A DNA stretch of 64,000 bases, from positions 50,585,954 to 50,649,953 of the forward strand of contig JARDVH010000031.1 of assembly GCA_030324005.1 (NCBI GenBank), read 5' to 3'. A program made the position numbers and the translations under genes. Positions 63,340-64,000 of the stretch are shown here, piece by piece. How positions within the stretch are numbered: position 1 is the stretch's first letter; every line of letters starts with the position of its first letter. Source of the DNA: Negaprion brevirostris (taxonomy: Eukaryota). The notes below the pieces were generated by a model, which saw nothing but the letters and a program-made list of their open reading frames with translations, was not told the origin of the DNA and made no database searches.

Positions 63340-63628
63340 TATTTTATTAGTGTCACAAATTGGCTCACATTAACACTGCAATGAAGTTACTGTGAAAATC
63401 CCCTGGTCGCCACACTCCAGCGCCTGTTCGGATACACTGAGGGAGAATTTAGCATGGCTAATTCACCTAACCAGCACGTTTTTGGGAGGAAACTGGAGCA
63501 CCCAAAGGAAACCCATGCAGATGTGGGGAGAATGTGAAGACTCTGCGCAGACCGTGACCCAAGCCAGGGATCGAACCCGGGTCCTTGGCACTGTAAGACA
63601 GCAATGCTAACCACTTTGCCACTGTGCC
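63340..63628 (-). mobile_element. V-SINE, second-tail subfamily
   Basis: Same head and tail as 12454-12749. Confidence 0.85.
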
Positions 63629-64000
63629 TCCCACATACTGGCTCCAAAGGTAATTATTAATAACTGAAGAAACAAGAATTAGTGATTGCACTTGTTGTGA
63701 CACAAATCTCAGAGATGAGTCAAAATTACTTGTCTCTTCATGGCAAGGAATACTTAGGGCTCCCAGTTCATCCTCCCCAGTACTTACTTAAATGTTCTTA
63801 AATGTGCAACTGAAGTTCCTACAAATAGTCAGGAAGAAACTGAACTTTATAAACTACCTTATCATGTCAAATGCTTCGCAATTTATAAATTACCTTTGAA
63901 GTGAACTCATGTTGTTATTTAGAGAAACACAGCAGCAAAACAACTAATTTACGCACAGTCAAAGTTAAAATTGTAAATGAAATGGATGACCTGTTAATCT

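Noticed and set aside
1-64000. CRISPR array, operon or other prokaryotic system
   Set aside because: No repeat-spacer arrays or dense ORFs; the sequence is vertebrate intronic/intergenic DNA

Overview
Repeat-rich, AT-rich vertebrate DNA from a gapped draft assembly, very likely a shark, judged by the many HE1/V-SINE-type tRNA-SINEs, Deu-type SINEs, CR1, L2, Rex1/Babar and Penelope fragments and Harbinger-type MITEs. It contains no complete gene. Highlights: (1) two intact, canonically spliced minus-strand exons (56638-56456, 53477-53292) matching consecutive coiled-coil exons of EEA1, with no other EEA1 exon visible in the ~53 kb downstream, followed by an unrelated in-frame 90-nt exon candidate (possible exon-shuffled or duplicated fragment); (2) a deleted gamma-like (HERV-I-type) provirus at ~26382-28209, reduced to an LTR stub, integrase tail, env, PPT and LTR, and sitting inside a CR1 3' end; (3) a decayed Harbinger transposon with convergent Myb-like and transposase genes; (4) two V-SINE subfamilies sharing a head but carrying different LINE-like tails; (5) hammerhead-like motifs in Penelope ends; (6) a 198-bp inverted local duplication with junction microhomology. 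All family assignments come from manual reading and recalled sequences, not database searches; repeat boundaries are approximate.
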